This document shows positions 27,389 to 42,423 of a stretch of DNA of 64,000 nucleotides, piece by piece. The notes under the pieces were generated by a model that searched no databases, was not told where the DNA came from, and worked only from the letters and a program-made list of their open reading frames with translations. Both the position numbers and the translations under genes were made by a program. The stretch spans positions 2,418,001 through 2,482,000 of the forward strand of contig OZ024750.1 of NCBI GenBank assembly GCA_964016885.1, given 5' to 3'. This DNA comes from Eledone cirrhosa (lineage: Eukaryota). Position 1 is the first letter of the stretch; every line of letters starts with the position of its first letter.

Positions 27389-27592
27389 CGGTGGATTGGC
27401 AGTATCGGTAGAGGGTCGGACGCCATGCTTTGACGCATAGAGTTATGGCCCTTGCCATTCTGAGTTCAAATCCCACCGAGGTTAACTTTGCCTTTCATCC
27501 TTATGGGGTCGATAAAATAAAGTACCAGTAATGCACTGGGGAAATTACTGGCCTTGTGCCAAAAGTAGAAACAATTATTATTATTAATAATA
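27389..27592 (+). mobile_element. SINE family A copy, directly after the 3' end of an older related SINE
   Basis: Same consensus as 25307. Confidence 0.9.
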
Positions 27593-28119
27593 AGGTGGAA
27601 AAAAGTAACAATAGTTTTAATAATACTAATAACAAAGACAACTATATCATCTTTGCTAATGTTATAAGTCAAAGAGACATACTAGATAGGGGTCAGCTCC
27701 CTAAGTGAAGAAATATAATTGAAAATATATATTTAGAGTCTCTTTACTTGAGAAATTTACTCAAGAAAGGACAAAAGGGAAAGTGAAGATAGCAGAAGAA
27801 ATTAAAGGGATGGAATGGCAGATGCTCTGTAGTGTGGTTGCCTGGTAAGCAATATGTGGTTACAGTCCTGTAGTTCATTTCTTTTTTAAATTGATGCTTA
27901 TGATGTCTAATAGCTAATTATCTTCCTTCAAGAATTTATCAAACTGCAAACAAAATGAAACCAGTGACAAAAAAAAATAGAGATGAGAGTTTAATACAGA
28001 TATGTTTGCTATTATCAGACTTGGAACCCAAACTGTTCTGATATGGAATGAAGCAGTATCTGCTGCTAATAAGGACCCATAATCTTAGTTGATGAGAGAA
28101 AAGTACTCAAACTGCATGT

Positions 28120-28122
<3 letters not shown>

Positions 28123-28212
<90 letters not shown>

Positions 28213-28415
28213 ATGTATGTGTGTGTTCATGTACATGGTCATATGAAAAGGTGGTTATGTGTGTGTATGTGTGTGATGTGTGTGTGTGTCCATGTTCACG
28301 GTTATAAGAAAGGGTGGTTATGTGCGTCTGTGTGTGTGTGTGTCCATGTTCACGGTTATATGAAAGTGTGGCTATGTGTACGTATGTGTGATGTGTCTGT
28401 GTGTGTATATGTGTG
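28123..28415. repeat. (TG)n microsatellite with degenerate extension
   Basis: Direct inspection. Other pure runs: (GA)n at 31378..31450 and 38457..38542, (TG)n at 32067..32166 and 45818..45925. Confidence 0.95.
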
Positions 28416-30664
28416 CTTGTCCCTGTACATGATCCTAGTGTGGTTATCTATAGATCTGTACCACTGACAAGTGATGAGCCATGATATGTTCTTATGATAT
28501 AGAAATACCCAAACATTACTAAGGTTGCTATGAATCTTCTATTGAGTCATTAGACAGTATCCAGTTCATTGCTTCATTTTCTGAGTTCAAATCTTAACAA
28601 ATTTAAATATATCTTTCATCTCTATTGGGCTGATAAAACAAATACCAGTAATCAATAAATCAATAAACTCCATCACACCCTTATAAAAAATACAATGAGT
28701 ATTTTAAATACCAATGACAAAGTTCATGTGAAAATTGTTATGAAAAAACTGTTTAAACTGAAAACAATCTTGTGTAAAAAATAAATTATTGGTATTAAAC
28801 TATTGCTTAGAGTAAATGGATTGGTGTCATCATCATCATCATCACCATTTAACGGCCATTTTCCCATGTTAGCATGGGGTAGACAAGTTGTTCCATTAAG
28901 AATCAAGTCAGATCAGATGACCGTATCTTACTCATACAAAACTGTTTCTGGCTTGGTTTCCTAGCCAACCACATTTACAGAGTGGGCTGGGTGCTTTTTA
29001 TCGTGAAACCTACATGACCTCTTTACAAAGAAAATGCATTGAACTGTTAAGGAACTCTTTGATTTTCAAATATAACTAAAGATGTCATAACTGAACATGG
29101 AGCCTTTTAACAAGAGGGTTAAAATGAACTGACAATATTTTGAAAAGTAAAAAAAATAAGAGTTGATCTAAAGAAATTTGAGAAGGGTTTTCTATAATAA
29201 AATACAGCATGAAATACCAGATCATGTGTAAAAAGAAAGTAGGTTTTCTGTATTGAAAGCCAAAGCCCTTCTTAGTAATGTAATAGAGAGAGTGAGAGGG
29301 AAAGAAGCTAGCAAAGTATACCAACAGAGAATACTGTATTACTATTATAAATAGATGTAAGATAATACAAAAATTACAAGACTCCTTACAGTGTGTGTAT
29401 GTGTGGGTGTGTGTGTGTGTATGTATTTATGTGTGTGGCAGAGAGAGCACATGGATATATGTATTTATGTTAAAAACAAAAATGATTTGAAATAAAATAT
29501 AATACTCATAAATAAATAATATAGAATAAGGTCTTTAGAAATTTTAGAGAACAGACAGAAAAAAAGCATCAACAAAGGTTAGTTCACTGTATGGGGAAAA
29601 ATTTGCTTATTCTTATAATTTCATGATCAAAGATATAAGAAATTTTTTGGAAGACATGACTTAAAATACTGGTTATTTAATCTCATATATTTAAGGTGAA
29701 AAAAATATGTTGTTTCAGTTTGAATGGCATAAACAAAGTCCTTTGATATATATTTTTCATGTTTTATTCTTTTGAATGCTGCAAACTTTCTTATTAATGG
29801 GATCTCTCTAGTATTGGTAATTCACAGATGAATGATATATAATAATAGATAAGTGTTTTCAACATACATCAACTCAACTTGCTGAATTCCATTTTAAGAA
29901 TTTCAATATTTGAATATTCAAAAAATATATATATATATAAAAATGTATACAATTCCTTATGATTTAAAAGAAAATAAATACATTTATATGTATAAATAAT
30001 TGTGATATTCTTGCATTTATGTGCATGAGAAAGTTCATCTATGAGTATATCAAATTAGATGAGTTGTAAGAGAGTAGAGCAAAATGGTTTGTTTTGTTCC
30101 GGCTCTCAGCACTCTGAGTTCGAAACTTGTCAAGATTAACTTTGTCTTTCATCTATTGTGGTCTATTTCAGCGGTAGACATAATCTGTGGTCCAGTGTAA
30201 CTCTACCATCTATCCCTTGGGCTGAGTCTCCAGTTTGAGGACACCTTTCTTCCCATCCTATAATTTCAGAAGCCCTGGAAGGACCTTGGCTGGTGCTAAA
30301 GAGGAATGTAGAAGGTTTCAGCTACTAAAAGTATTCTGAGGGGCAACATAAGGCTGCTGAACATAAAGGTTGTCTTCACAATCTGGGAAAAGGATGGGGT
30401 CATAGCTATAAGATGGAGGATGGAGAGACATGATGGTAATTTGATATAGATTGTCTCCATGATTTGAAGGAATAGGTGAGGGAGAGGCTTTCTGGTAATT
30501 TGATGCAACTGGTTGTAGAGGTTATGTCCCACTTGTAGTTAATTCTTTAATTTACATTACTAATGTGTTTACACATCTCTTAATTTCTCTTGAGAGATCA
30601 GTAAAATTGATCACCTACTCATGTGATGGAACATCATAAACTTGACTGTATTTTATTTTTTGTG

Positions 30665-30895
30665 GATGGCTTTGCAAGTATTACGTTACAATGTTAGATA
30701 GAATACTTTGCAGTATGACTCTCTGCTCTCAGAGTTCAAATCCCGCTGAGGTAAAAAAAAAAAGTACCTATCTAGTATTGGTGCTAATTCTTCCTCTATA
30801 TCTCTTTCTCACTTCCTCTCACTTTCTATCCTTCTCTGGAAGAAATCTGATTGCTCAGACCTGGAGAGGGATGGGCTCCACCAGGTTTAATGCCC
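30665..30895 (+). mobile_element. SINE family D copy
   Basis: B box gagttcaaatccc followed by the family D block. Confidence 0.72.
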
Positions 30896-31370
30896 AAGAA
30901 ATCAGGAGTTACAAGGTCTTACCATATCATGTTCTGATTTCAAATCCTGCCAGAAGCAATTTGTATTTTCATAAAAATCCTATACTGCAGTTCTTCCCAA
31001 TGACAATAAAAAGAAACAGAATTGATCATCAGATCAGTTCAAGGAAACAATGTTTCCATTGGTCTTTCCATTGCTGATACTATCTACCAGTTGTAACTTC
31101 ATCCAGAAAAATCTGTAGCTTTGTGCTTATGTTAAACATCCTTATATAACATTTATCCATATGTGTGATGTGTGTGAATAAAAGAGTATGTATCATCATC
31201 ACCATTTAATGTCCAGTTTTCCACGCTAGCATGGGTTAGACAAGTTGTCCTGTTGTGAGACAAGTCAGATCAAATGACTGTTTCATTTGTAAGAAATCAT
31301 CAGGAATTTCCCAATGATTTCTTTTGAATGAAACAGTTCTAATCTTGTAGAAATCATTTCTATAAGTTGA

Positions 31371-31462
<92 letters not shown>

Positions 31463-31639
31463 GAGTGAGAGAGAGAGAGGGAGAGAGAGAGAGAGGGTGG
31501 AGAGAAGGGAGAGAAACACAGAGAGAGAATTCTCTGTTTCCATCTTCAAGTTTTATGTGTCCCCTGTTTGTACCACATGTTAATTTTGAACATATCATCA
31601 TCATCATCATTTTACGCCTGCTTTTCCCTGCTTGCAAGG

Positions 31640-31709
<70 letters not shown>

Positions 31710-31944
31710 TACATATATATAATTTGTAGAAACCATGCCAAGATATGAAGGAAGAGGTATTTCTATGATTTGCTTAGTTTCAAATCATGATGACTCATCC
31801 AACTGATGCCAGCATGGAAAACGGATGTAAAATGAGGATTATGATGATTTTGAATATATAAGTGTGTATGTATGTATATGTCTATATATATATATATATA
31901 TACATTACTTAGGTTCCTGAGTGGTGCGGGTTGGTAACCATAGT

Positions 31945-32174
<230 letters not shown>

Positions 32175-32432
32175 CGCGCGCATATGTGGGAAGATGGACG
32201 TAATCTTATGAAATATTCAAAGACGAAATAAAAAAAATAGTATAATTTCTTATTTTTTACATATGGCATAATTACTTTTTCAAACTTACCCCTTTACATT
32301 CTGTATTGAAATCCCACTTGGTTTACTTTCCTTTCATCCTTCTCAAGTTGATAAAATAAGTATCAAACAAATACTGAGATCAACTAACGACCTCCCCTAG
32401 AACTATGTGGACGCGTACTCAACACTATTTAA

Positions 32433-32650
32433 CCCTTTAGCATTTAAACTGGCCATATCCGGCCAGAATTTTCTCATCTCTTTCTGTTTAAACTGGCTAT
32501 AACCAGCCACTCACACTGATGTTAAGTTATTGTTCTCAAAATAAATAATATCCAAATCTCATAGATTCAATATTATGTGAGATAATTCTGTGAAGTAAAG
32601 CCCTTACTGTGAAAATATAGTATATATAGAGTAATATAAATGCTAAAGGG
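32433..32650. mobile_element. piggyBac-like MITE
   Basis: ttaa|ccctttagcattta...taaatgctaaaggg TIRs; homologous to 46614 and 47270. Confidence 0.82.
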
Positions 32651-33685
32651 ATATGGTGAAATAATGTTAGGGATAGGTACAAAGTTGATGTTGAATTTTT
32701 AAAAAAATTAATATGGGAATTAGGATAACTAATTCATATTAAAAACTATAAAGTTTCTGTTCAACTATAATTGTTCTCACTCAACAGATTCACCATTTAT
32801 AATTTTCTATTGAAAACAAAGCAGATGAAATAAATTATATATTAGAAACAACCCTGTAATTTCTATAATATACACAGCTTTGAATGAAGAAACTATTGTT
32901 ATGTATCTAGTTTAGAATAACTACACTGTATCTCTGCTTGTAGTAAGAGGTGACTAAAAGGTGCCAGGAAAGATAACTGGTTATAAAACATTACCTCAAA
33001 AAGGACCCCATTGATGAGAAACATATTAGGTGGTGCATAAGACTAAACAATTCTTTAGCAAGGGAAATGTTTGTTGTTGTTTAGTTGTATTGTTGTTTGT
33101 ATTAAGAAGAATATTGGACCACAAACTTGTTGTGCTGTTGTTTGTATTAAAAAGAAGCAATATTTGGATCATAAACACGTCATTGTTGTGTTGTTTTATT
33201 CTCGTTTGCATTAGAAGAAACAATATTTGGTCCATCAACTAAACTACCAAATTTGTGAATAATTGAAAGTCATTTTTTCATTCAACATGAAAAACGTAAC
33301 AATATATATTTTGGGACATCCCATACCAAGATATATTCTCAATAAAAGTAACTTTTCCACAACTGTTTAATCTTCAACAACAAAAGTCAACTCTCTCCCA
33401 CTAAAAAAAAATAAAATTAATAAAACCTAAAACTTCTAGAAGTATTTTACCCCCAAAATGCCTCAATAACATCAATATATAATAGACTATAGTTTCCTTA
33501 CCACTACCAAACTACCATCACCACTAATATTACAACTCTAACATTAACGGTACTAATGTTGCTACTATCCCAATACCATATTCCAACTGGATAGAAAAAC
33601 AATAATAAAAGTTTGATGAATTCAGCTGTAGACTACTGCTGCTGCTGATCAGTTGTTACATAAGACATGAAAAATATGAACTTAC

Positions 33686-33751
33686 CAGGGAATCTGCCAT
33701 ATTATCCAAGAGATTCTGTTGACTCGGGTAATAACTTTCTGACATAACCAT
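33686..33751 (-). CDS. CACNB: Candidate alternative first coding exon of Cav-beta (MVMSESYYPSQQNLLDNMADSL)
   Basis: ATG-initiated 22 codons ending at a consensus phase-0 donor CTG|gtaagt, with an upstream in-frame stop. The peptide loosely resembles the short vertebrate beta3/beta4a N-termini (MYDDSYVPGFEDSEA|GSADS). Confidence 0.65.
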
Positions 33752-34717
33752 ACTCAGTAGAATGTTCACAAAGGTAATAAAGACTTAGCCAAAATTTTGA
33801 CTCATAAATATCATGAGTCTGAGATATTGTCGAAAAAGGGATAGTGCTAGGAGTGCTGTATATATACACACACGCACACAAACACACTCACATGCACACA
33901 CACATGCACACTAAACAACTGGACTGTCTAGAGCAATTAGAGATGGTAGATAGGCTACATTTTAAAGAACGTATTATATTGACACTCCCGTATTCACACT
34001 GCGGAACTCCCCATCTAGTAGTAATAGTCAGAAGAGTTTTATTGATTATTTTTTCTCCCAATTTGGAATGTTAACAATGAACAGTGTATGGCTATATCAT
34101 GAAAGTCAATTGCAGCCGATCAACAACAATACTAACAACAACAGCTGCAGCAGTATTATTAGTAGCAGTAGTAACAAGGATTTATGAAAACATGTACCCG
34201 ACAATAACTACTCAAACCTTCAAGAACATCATAATGGCATCAAGTAGTTTTACAGGAGTTTTAGTTTTAGTTTTTTTTTTATATATTTTTTTTTTTTACA
34301 AATGTTTTTTGTTCCCCCTTTTTATGGTGGCTCCGTGATTTGTGTTACAATAGGATAAGGTATAGATATTTGAAACCAGAACCCTGGTATTGACTGGACG
34401 TTTTCATACTGAGTTAGTTCCAACTGTAGTAGCGGCAACAGTATTACTGGTGGTGGTCATAGTAGTATTGGTGGTAGTAGAAGTGGCTAACTATTGTGCA
34501 CTTTAACAGGACTTAGAGTGCATTGTAACAGGATCGATTACTAAACAAAACCAAGACAATTCATTCATTGGAAATTGAACACAAAACAACCTATACAAAA
34601 TCAGATCCTGCGCATATGGCGTATAAAGATTACATCAACTGAATGAAGTCATCATGTTTACCCATAATGAGGTATCTAAGATGCAGTCAGTTCATTATGA
34701 CTCATAGGCAAAATTGG

Positions 34718-34770
<53 letters not shown>

Positions 34771-35475
34771 GGAAGAGAGAGACAGAGGAGGGGGAGAAGA
34801 GGAATCAAACTTTTTTTTATATTCAAAAATAAAATATTTTTGTGTGTTACCATAAACTTTTCTGTCCCTGACATGAAAAGATAATGGGTGTAAAAACTAA
34901 AGAAATACATTATATATATTGTATTTTATATCTTTATCAATTATTATAAACTTATGAAGTTCACAAAGTCTGTGAACACTGTTGAAATATTTCCATGTAT
35001 AATTTCTTTAGTTTGGTGAGATTTCATCACAATGTGCAGAGATCCAGTACAAATACCACAAGGTACTTTATCATACACTCTAACAATTCTGACAATTTCC
35101 TTACTGACTTTACTAGTTTCCTCTCTTGTCTATACATTGCTTAGTACCCTGAGTATTCAAAGATAAGAAACTAGATTTATGTCTTCTATCAAGAAGATAA
35201 ATCTTTGTTGGGATTACAGATTTAATTTTTTTTATAGTTTAGATTTCTAACATATGTTTCATATATGTATTTTATATTCAAAGAGAAAGTTCTAGTTCTC
35301 AAATGGAGATCAACTTTCCAGGATATCAGGAATGAACCTACTTCTCAAAGTCAGTAATTAGAAGATATGAGTTTTATAGAGAAACTAGAAATATATTTGA
35401 CTCTACCAGATGATTTTGAGAAGTTTAAAAGTAATCATGTGATTAGATTTTTAACAATACCATACATTTTTTTTA

Positions 35476-35810
35476 TGTTTAGGATTGTGTAAAGCATAAA
35501 CTGACATCAACATATTACAAATGAAAGTTTATAGAGAAACTTGACCAAGATAACAACTACAATTGCTCAAAGACAGTTATAATTTGGAGGACATTGTTGG
35601 AGAAGTAATCAGGAAGTTATACACAAGCTACTATTGTAGGAACCAACTCCTGGGAGACACAGTAGAGGAAGACCTGCTTGAACCTTCATCAATTAGCTCT
35701 CAGATGAGACAAACCTCAGTAAGGAAGAGTTACCAGGAGCAATGAAGGATTGGGAATTGTGGAGAGATTTTGTCAGGAATGTTTGACTATGGTTGCAATG
35801 ATGATGATGA
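35476..35810 (+). mobile_element. Second, 5'-truncated copy of the RTE-like LINE 3' end
   Basis: Collinear similarity to about 2065..2403 (ccaagataacaactacaattgctcaaagacagtta...) with a (GAT)n tail. Confidence 0.75.
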
Positions 35811-38452
35811 ATACATACTAAACAAGGATACCTTCAATATATTGGATATTTACATAATAAACCTCTTTGTTTATTATCTTGCACCCCATTCATTTGACTA
35901 TGTGTACTCTCTCATAAATGTAGAAAAGACATTTTATTTGATTGAGAACAGAGCCAAATATATATCATATATGCTTGTGTATAAGTCACACTTCAATCTT
36001 ATATACAACATTTACAATATATCGTATATTTCGAGATTTTGTAAGTCCTGTAGATAGGTTGTATGCTAGTTTACTCGTATTTTCCTGAGAAAAGGTGAGA
36101 ATATTCAATACGTCTTTTAATATAGAATTGTTCAGACATTGTTAATTAATAACCAACATTCAATATGTCTACTGCCAAAATTTAACTCTTCATAGCAAAC
36201 ATGTAGAGTATATTTTTTTCCCCATACTGCTTCATTGATTTATAAGTCTGAGTCATACACAACTGCTGAACTAGTAACTCTATCAATACAAATTATTATT
36301 TATAACTGACTATACAGTATTTATATTTCAAAACTATCATAGTTGTATATAATAAGTTTCTGTTATAATATACAAATGTTAGTAGCATATTTTCTTTAAA
36401 GTATTACACACACAAACAAAGCTGTTATATTGGGGTGAAATTAAGAATTATATTCCTTGCTATCAAGTGCAATCTGTTACCAGAATTTATGTTGATACTT
36501 ATATTTTTTTTTATTGATTCTTCTGATACAATTGCATCAATAAATGATATGGCTTATGTTAATGCTACAACTAATATGTAAAAAAAAATCATACTTGAAT
36601 GATATTTAAACATACCAGTAAAAACAAATACTTCAATTATATTTACTTATTACAATTATTATAATGGGAAATATATAAATATATAAATAATATGCACAGA
36701 AAAAAAATCACACTGTCTCACCTATTGTAGAGTTTTTTAATGTAAAATTCTGAGCTCAATTTATTTGTACTAAATAAATGCAAACTTTTAAATAATAATC
36801 ATTATCATAATTTTATTATCCTTTTTTTCCATGTTAAGATGGGTTGGCTGGGTGACTACAGACCAAGCTAGTACTTAATCAGAGCAACTGTTCTAAACTG
36901 GCAGGGGATCACATCTTGTTTCAGTTTTAGCATTGGTTCAAAATTGGAATGTAAGTATTTGCTAACCATGTATAAGACAACAGCAGGTCTCATGTGGCAA
37001 TTCTAAGATTAGAACTTCTCTTGCATTTCATAAAACCCAAATCTCACAATGATGGTCTCTTATAAAGAGTATTGAGTAAAAATCATATAAAGGATTTATT
37101 TATGAAAAGTATGTCTTCCCAGACTTTTGTTGTATTAAATGGGGGCCTCCTTAATTTCTATATATTTCTTAATTCTGTTTCTAAACCTGTGTGGTTCTTA
37201 ATAGTGTCACACAATCAGTACAACTAACCATAAAAGCCTTCACCTAATTACATATGTTCATGCAATATTACTGTGCCAATAATATGCATAGAACTGCACT
37301 ACCTTGTGTTAGTTATTTGTATATCTGGTTTGATGCCAATGTAACCAGATACACATCAGTAAATAGGAACAAAGTGATTATATTCATGGGGATGATGATG
37401 ATGGTGATGATGATGATGGTGGTGGTAATAATGATGATGGTGGTAATGACGATGATGATGACGACAACAACAATAACAACAACGTTTGTGGTAGCTGTGA
37501 ACATTCCATCCTAACACTTCATGTTACAGTTCCTAAATTTCTGACAAGATTATTTCTTGACTGAACTGTTTTGTCATTTCATATGAATTAGTCTGAGTGA
37601 ATCTTGTTACTTTTAACCATCTTTAATTTTGGTGACAAGAGAAGCTAAACAATTTCATTCATTTCAATAATGTGCGAGTTTATTAATGTTAACTAAATTT
37701 CCATTTAAAAAAAAATTCATTTCCTTTTTAAAGAGGGAAGGGCAGTGCCCGTGATGCCTTTCATGGTTAGTGATGAGAGGGAGGGAGAGAGGAAAGTATC
37801 CTCAAGCCAGAGATCTGGTCCAAAGCACACAAGGACTAAGTGGTGAAGGACTAAGTGGTCATGTTAAACTAGGCAATGAATCTATCACACAATTAGGCCA
37901 CAGCAGAATTCGAACTCAGAATATAAAGAGTTAGAAGAAATATTGCAAAGACATTTTGTCCAATGCTATAATAATTCCACCAGTCCACTGCCAAAGATTG
38001 GCACATTATTTTATTGACTATGAAAGGATGACAGAGTTGATCTCAGAGGGATTGGAACTCAGAGTATAAAGAGACAGAAGAAATATCACAAGCTGTTTTG
38101 TCACATACTTTAACAACTCTGAATAAGGTTTTCATTTGATCAATATCTACAAATATTAAACTGATATTTCAGATGAGAAGACAAACTGTGACTATTATAA
38201 CACCCTACTGACTAATGGCTGAGATACTGTTACAAAGATGGGATGATGTTGATAACAGTGAATTCAACAATGATGTTGATGGGGAAAGAAATAAAATATT
38301 GAGAATAATGATCAGGATGAGAATAAAATCACAATGAAATGGTCTAAATGTCAGAAGTCCCCCACCCTATGTGATACATTACAAACAACCAACAACTTTA
38401 AACTATAGAATCTGACTAACATAAAATGTTTTAGTGATTACAGTGAACCAGT

Positions 38453-38545
<93 letters not shown>

Positions 38546-39784
38546 GTCTGAAATATTGTCTGTAATTCCAATTATACTAAGTATAGTAGAAATGGTTTCG
38601 ATAAAATATTCTTAGTTCCAAGACTGCTAAAATATTTTAAATGTTTCCCTTATTTTTTTCCAATAATTTTACTTTTTTAGACTAATAACCTAATTTAAAA
38701 AAAGATTTTATGTCAACTGATAATTGATAGAGGTGATAATAGCATGCACACCTGCATTATATATATAAAGGTTTTTAAGTGCAAAGTCAATCAATGGAAA
38801 TGGGGCATCTGAAAACAATGCTTGATGGAACTAATTGAAACAGTGTAAAACATAAAAGATAAGATTAATAGTTTAGAACATGTAAATGATTTGTCCTTCC
38901 CATTTAAAGGTTTGGGATGATAAACAGTTTAAGAAGAGAGTAAGTAGGATCTCAATACTGAATACTTGGTGTAAGCAATGATTAAGAGGAATCTGAGAGA
39001 GAACCAGAATTTAACCCTTTTGTGACCATATTTCTAATGAAAGACACTCTATTTTAATTAATTAATGAATGATTTAGTGAGATTTACTAAAACTATTAAT
39101 TATGCCATTATTAAGAGAGTATTTATAATAAATGGTTCTTGAATAGAGATAATATGGACATGTGGTTAGAATGTCTCAGGAAAAAATTACTGGACAGATT
39201 TTACAGGCAAAACCAACCAGCAAGAGGCCCAGATTTTTTTTTTTATTGAAGTTTATTTGAAATATACTGAGTTTTTTTGCAATATTCTTAATAAAACATT
39301 GGTACTATGAAGTTGTGAAATAAAAAAACAGTTCTTTCAAATCATTAAAATATAGAAAACAAAATGAACAAAGAAAATAGTATTTCCTTCCCTTTAAATT
39401 TAGTTTCAGCCCAGAAATGAGTATTATGTTTTGAAATATAAACCTTGTTTTAATAATACTCTAAACCACATAAAAGTTGCCTTGTAATTACTTCCCTTAG
39501 ATCTAGTACCAGACTGTCAATAACGACTGAAACCTTGGGAGAAGAATGATAAAGAAAAGATGTAGTTAACAGGAAAAATGTCAAGTTACTTCAGATAAAG
39601 ACAGCCAATGACTTAGTTGCTAATGTACAAGACTAGTATTTGAGAAATCATCACTTTAAACAGTTGCATGTTTGGTAACACTTTGAGATCAGCAGTTTTA
39701 ATGGAAATTGATGTTTCAAGATACTTTTGCACATTATCAAAATATAAATCAATGGTTGAATCTATTTACTTATAAAACCAGTAA

Positions 39785-39992
39785 TAATTTCTACTTTAGG
39801 TGCAAGGCTAGTAATTTGGGGGGAGGGAAAGTTGATTAAATCAACCTCAGTATTGGACTGGTACTTTATTTTATCAGCCCCAGGAGGATGAAAAGCAAAG
39901 CTAACCTCAATAGGATTTGAACAATGTAAACAGCTGAAATAAATACGAAAAAATATTTTATTTGATGCTCTAATGATTCTGCCAATCTACTA
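39785..39992 (-). mobile_element. Older diverged SINE related to family A (further relics near 4500, 7920, 19800, 20900, 32290, 37900, 47820, 54800 and 59760)
   Basis: Shared core ctggtactttattttatc...aggatgaaa(a/g)gcaaag...atttgaac. Confidence 0.7.
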
Positions 39993-40010
39993 CCATTATT
40001 ATAGAACCAG

Positions 40011-41460
40011 GGGGATTGGCAGTATCGGTAGAAGGTCGGACCCCATGCTAGGGTGGTAGATTAGCAATATCGGTAGAAGGTCAGACGCCATGCTAGGGTG
40101 GTAGATTAGCAGTATCGGTAGAAGGTCAGACGCCATGCTAGGGTGGTAGATTAGCAGTATCGGTAGAAGGTCAGACGCCATGCTAGGGTGGTAGATTAGC
40201 AGTATCGGTAGAAGGTCAGACGCCATGCTAGGGTGGTAGATTAGCAGTATCGGTAGAAGGTCAGACGCCATGCTAGGGTGGTAGATTAGCAGTATCGGTA
40301 GAAGGTCAGACGCCATGCTAGGGTGGTAGATTAGCAATATCGGTAGAAGGTCAGACGCCATGCTAGGGTGGTAGATTAGCAGTATCGGTAGAAGGTCGGA
40401 CGCCATGCTAGGGTGGTAGATTAGCAGTATCGGTAGAAGGTCAGACACCATGCTAGGGTGGTAGATTAGCAGTATTGGTAGAAGGTCAGACACCATGCTA
40501 GGGTGGTAGATTAGCAGTATCGGTAGAAGGTCAGACACCATGCTAGGGTGGTAGATTAGCAGTATCGGTAGAAGGTCAGACACCATGCTAGGGTGGTAGA
40601 TTAGCAGTATTGGTAGAAGGTCAGACACCATGCTAGGGTGGTAGATTAGCAGTATTGGTAGAAGGTCAGACGCCATGCTAGGGTCGTAGATTAGCAGTAT
40701 TGGTAGAAGGTCAGACGCCATGCTAGGGTGGTAGATTAGCAGTATCGGTAGAAGGTCGGACGCCATGCTAGGGTGGTAGATTAGCAGTATCGGTAGAAGG
40801 TCGGACGCCATGCTAGGGTGGTAGATTGGCAGTATCGGTAGAAGGTCAGACACCATGCTAGGGTGGTAGATTGGCAGTATCGGTAGAAGGTCAGACACCA
40901 TGCTAGGGTGGTAGATTAGCAGTATCGGTAGAAGGTCAGACACCATGCTAGGGTGGTAGATTGGCAGTATCGGTAGAAGGTCAGACGCCATGCTAGGGTG
41001 GTAGATTGGCAGTATCGGTAGAAGGTCAGACACCATGCTAGGGTGGTAGATTAGCAGTATCGGTAGAAGGTCAGACACCATGCTAAGGTGGTAGATTAGC
41101 AATATCGGTAGAAGGTCGAACGCCATGCTAGGGTGGTAGATTAGCAGTATCGGTAGAAGGTCAGACGCCATGCTAGGGTGGTAGATTAGCAGTATCGGTA
41201 GAAGGTCGAACGCCATGCTAGGGTGGTAGATTAGCAGTATCGGTAGAAGGTCGAACGCCATGCTAGGGTGGTAGATTAGCAGTATCGGTAGAAGGTCGGA
41301 CGCCATACTTTGCAGCATAGAGTTACGCCCCTTTATGGTCTGAGTTCAAATCCCGCCGAGGTTCACTTTACCTTTTTATCCTTACGGGGTCGATAAAATA
41401 AAGTACCAGTAATGTACTGGGATAATTGCTGGCCTTGTGCCAAAAGTAGAAACAATTATT
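40011..41460 (+). mobile_element. SINE family A copy whose 45-bp 5' head is tandemly amplified about 29 times
   Basis: The unit gggtggtagattagcagtatcggtagaaggtcagacgccatgcta corresponds to the SINE head, and a normal body follows at about 41306..41460. A 16-bp TSD attattatagaaccag lies at 39995..40010 and 41455..41470. Confidence 0.93.
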
Positions 41461-42423
41461 ATAGAACCAGTAATAATAAGATAGTAAGGCCTAAAAATAC
41501 TGGCATTGTGTTTCTACTAGAAACTATTATTTCTTGAAGAAAACAATATTATCAACCTTTAAAATAAGGAAAAGGAAATGTTAGTTGATCCAGAACACTA
41601 ATAAGAAACTTACACAATCTTGGAGTAAGACTTCTTTCCTTAATTTCATTTCTGACCTTCCATAACCATTGAGTAATTATAAAAACAAATGAGTTGCATC
41701 AATTTCATATTTACACATTGGTTCCACACTGTAAATGTGGTTGGTGTTAGGAAGGGCATCCAGCTGTAAAATCCTCAGCAATATTTACAGTCCTAGTTGG
41801 AGCAAGGTACAGCGTGACCAATTCTGGCAAGACTTGTCTCCCAATGTGGACAACTCATCTAACCCATGCTAAATGATGATGATGGGGATTGGCTCATATA
41901 TTTAAATTGAAGAGCTCAGTCAGAGCTATATAGAGTATTCTTGTGAAGTCGTTCTTAATCATATAGTACAATTAAATTTAATGGATAAAAATTGATAATT
42001 TCAGGATAATTCCAAATGAAATCCTAGTTTAATGCTAACCATTCTAGTAAAGGTCTAAATTAGAATTTGGACCAACAAATTGGTGTCTTTTATTTTAGTC
42101 AATTCTTGATTATATTACCCTAAGGATATCATTATCAGCAGCAGTAATACCACTCCCACTTCACTCCTATTACTGTTAGTGGGGACCAAGAGGGGAAGGG
42201 TAAGATAACTGGAGGTGGAGGATGGATATATACACACACATATATACATACACACAAATATACATACACACACATATATATACATACATGTGTATATCAT
42301 GACTTATTTTCATTTTCCTGGCATTTGTACATTACCCTATGTACTATACATACACTTTTGATGAGTTGTAGTGCACCTGAGTACTGTACACAATATTTTC
42401 GTTATTATTATTATTATTATTAT

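Noticed and set aside
30200-30540. GC-richer segment with a 78-aa minus ORF
   Set aside because: No recognisable motif or splice sites; probably an old transposon relic that cannot be assigned.
39999-41318. 439-aa ORF with 15-aa repeats
   Set aside because: Antisense translation of the amplified SINE head.
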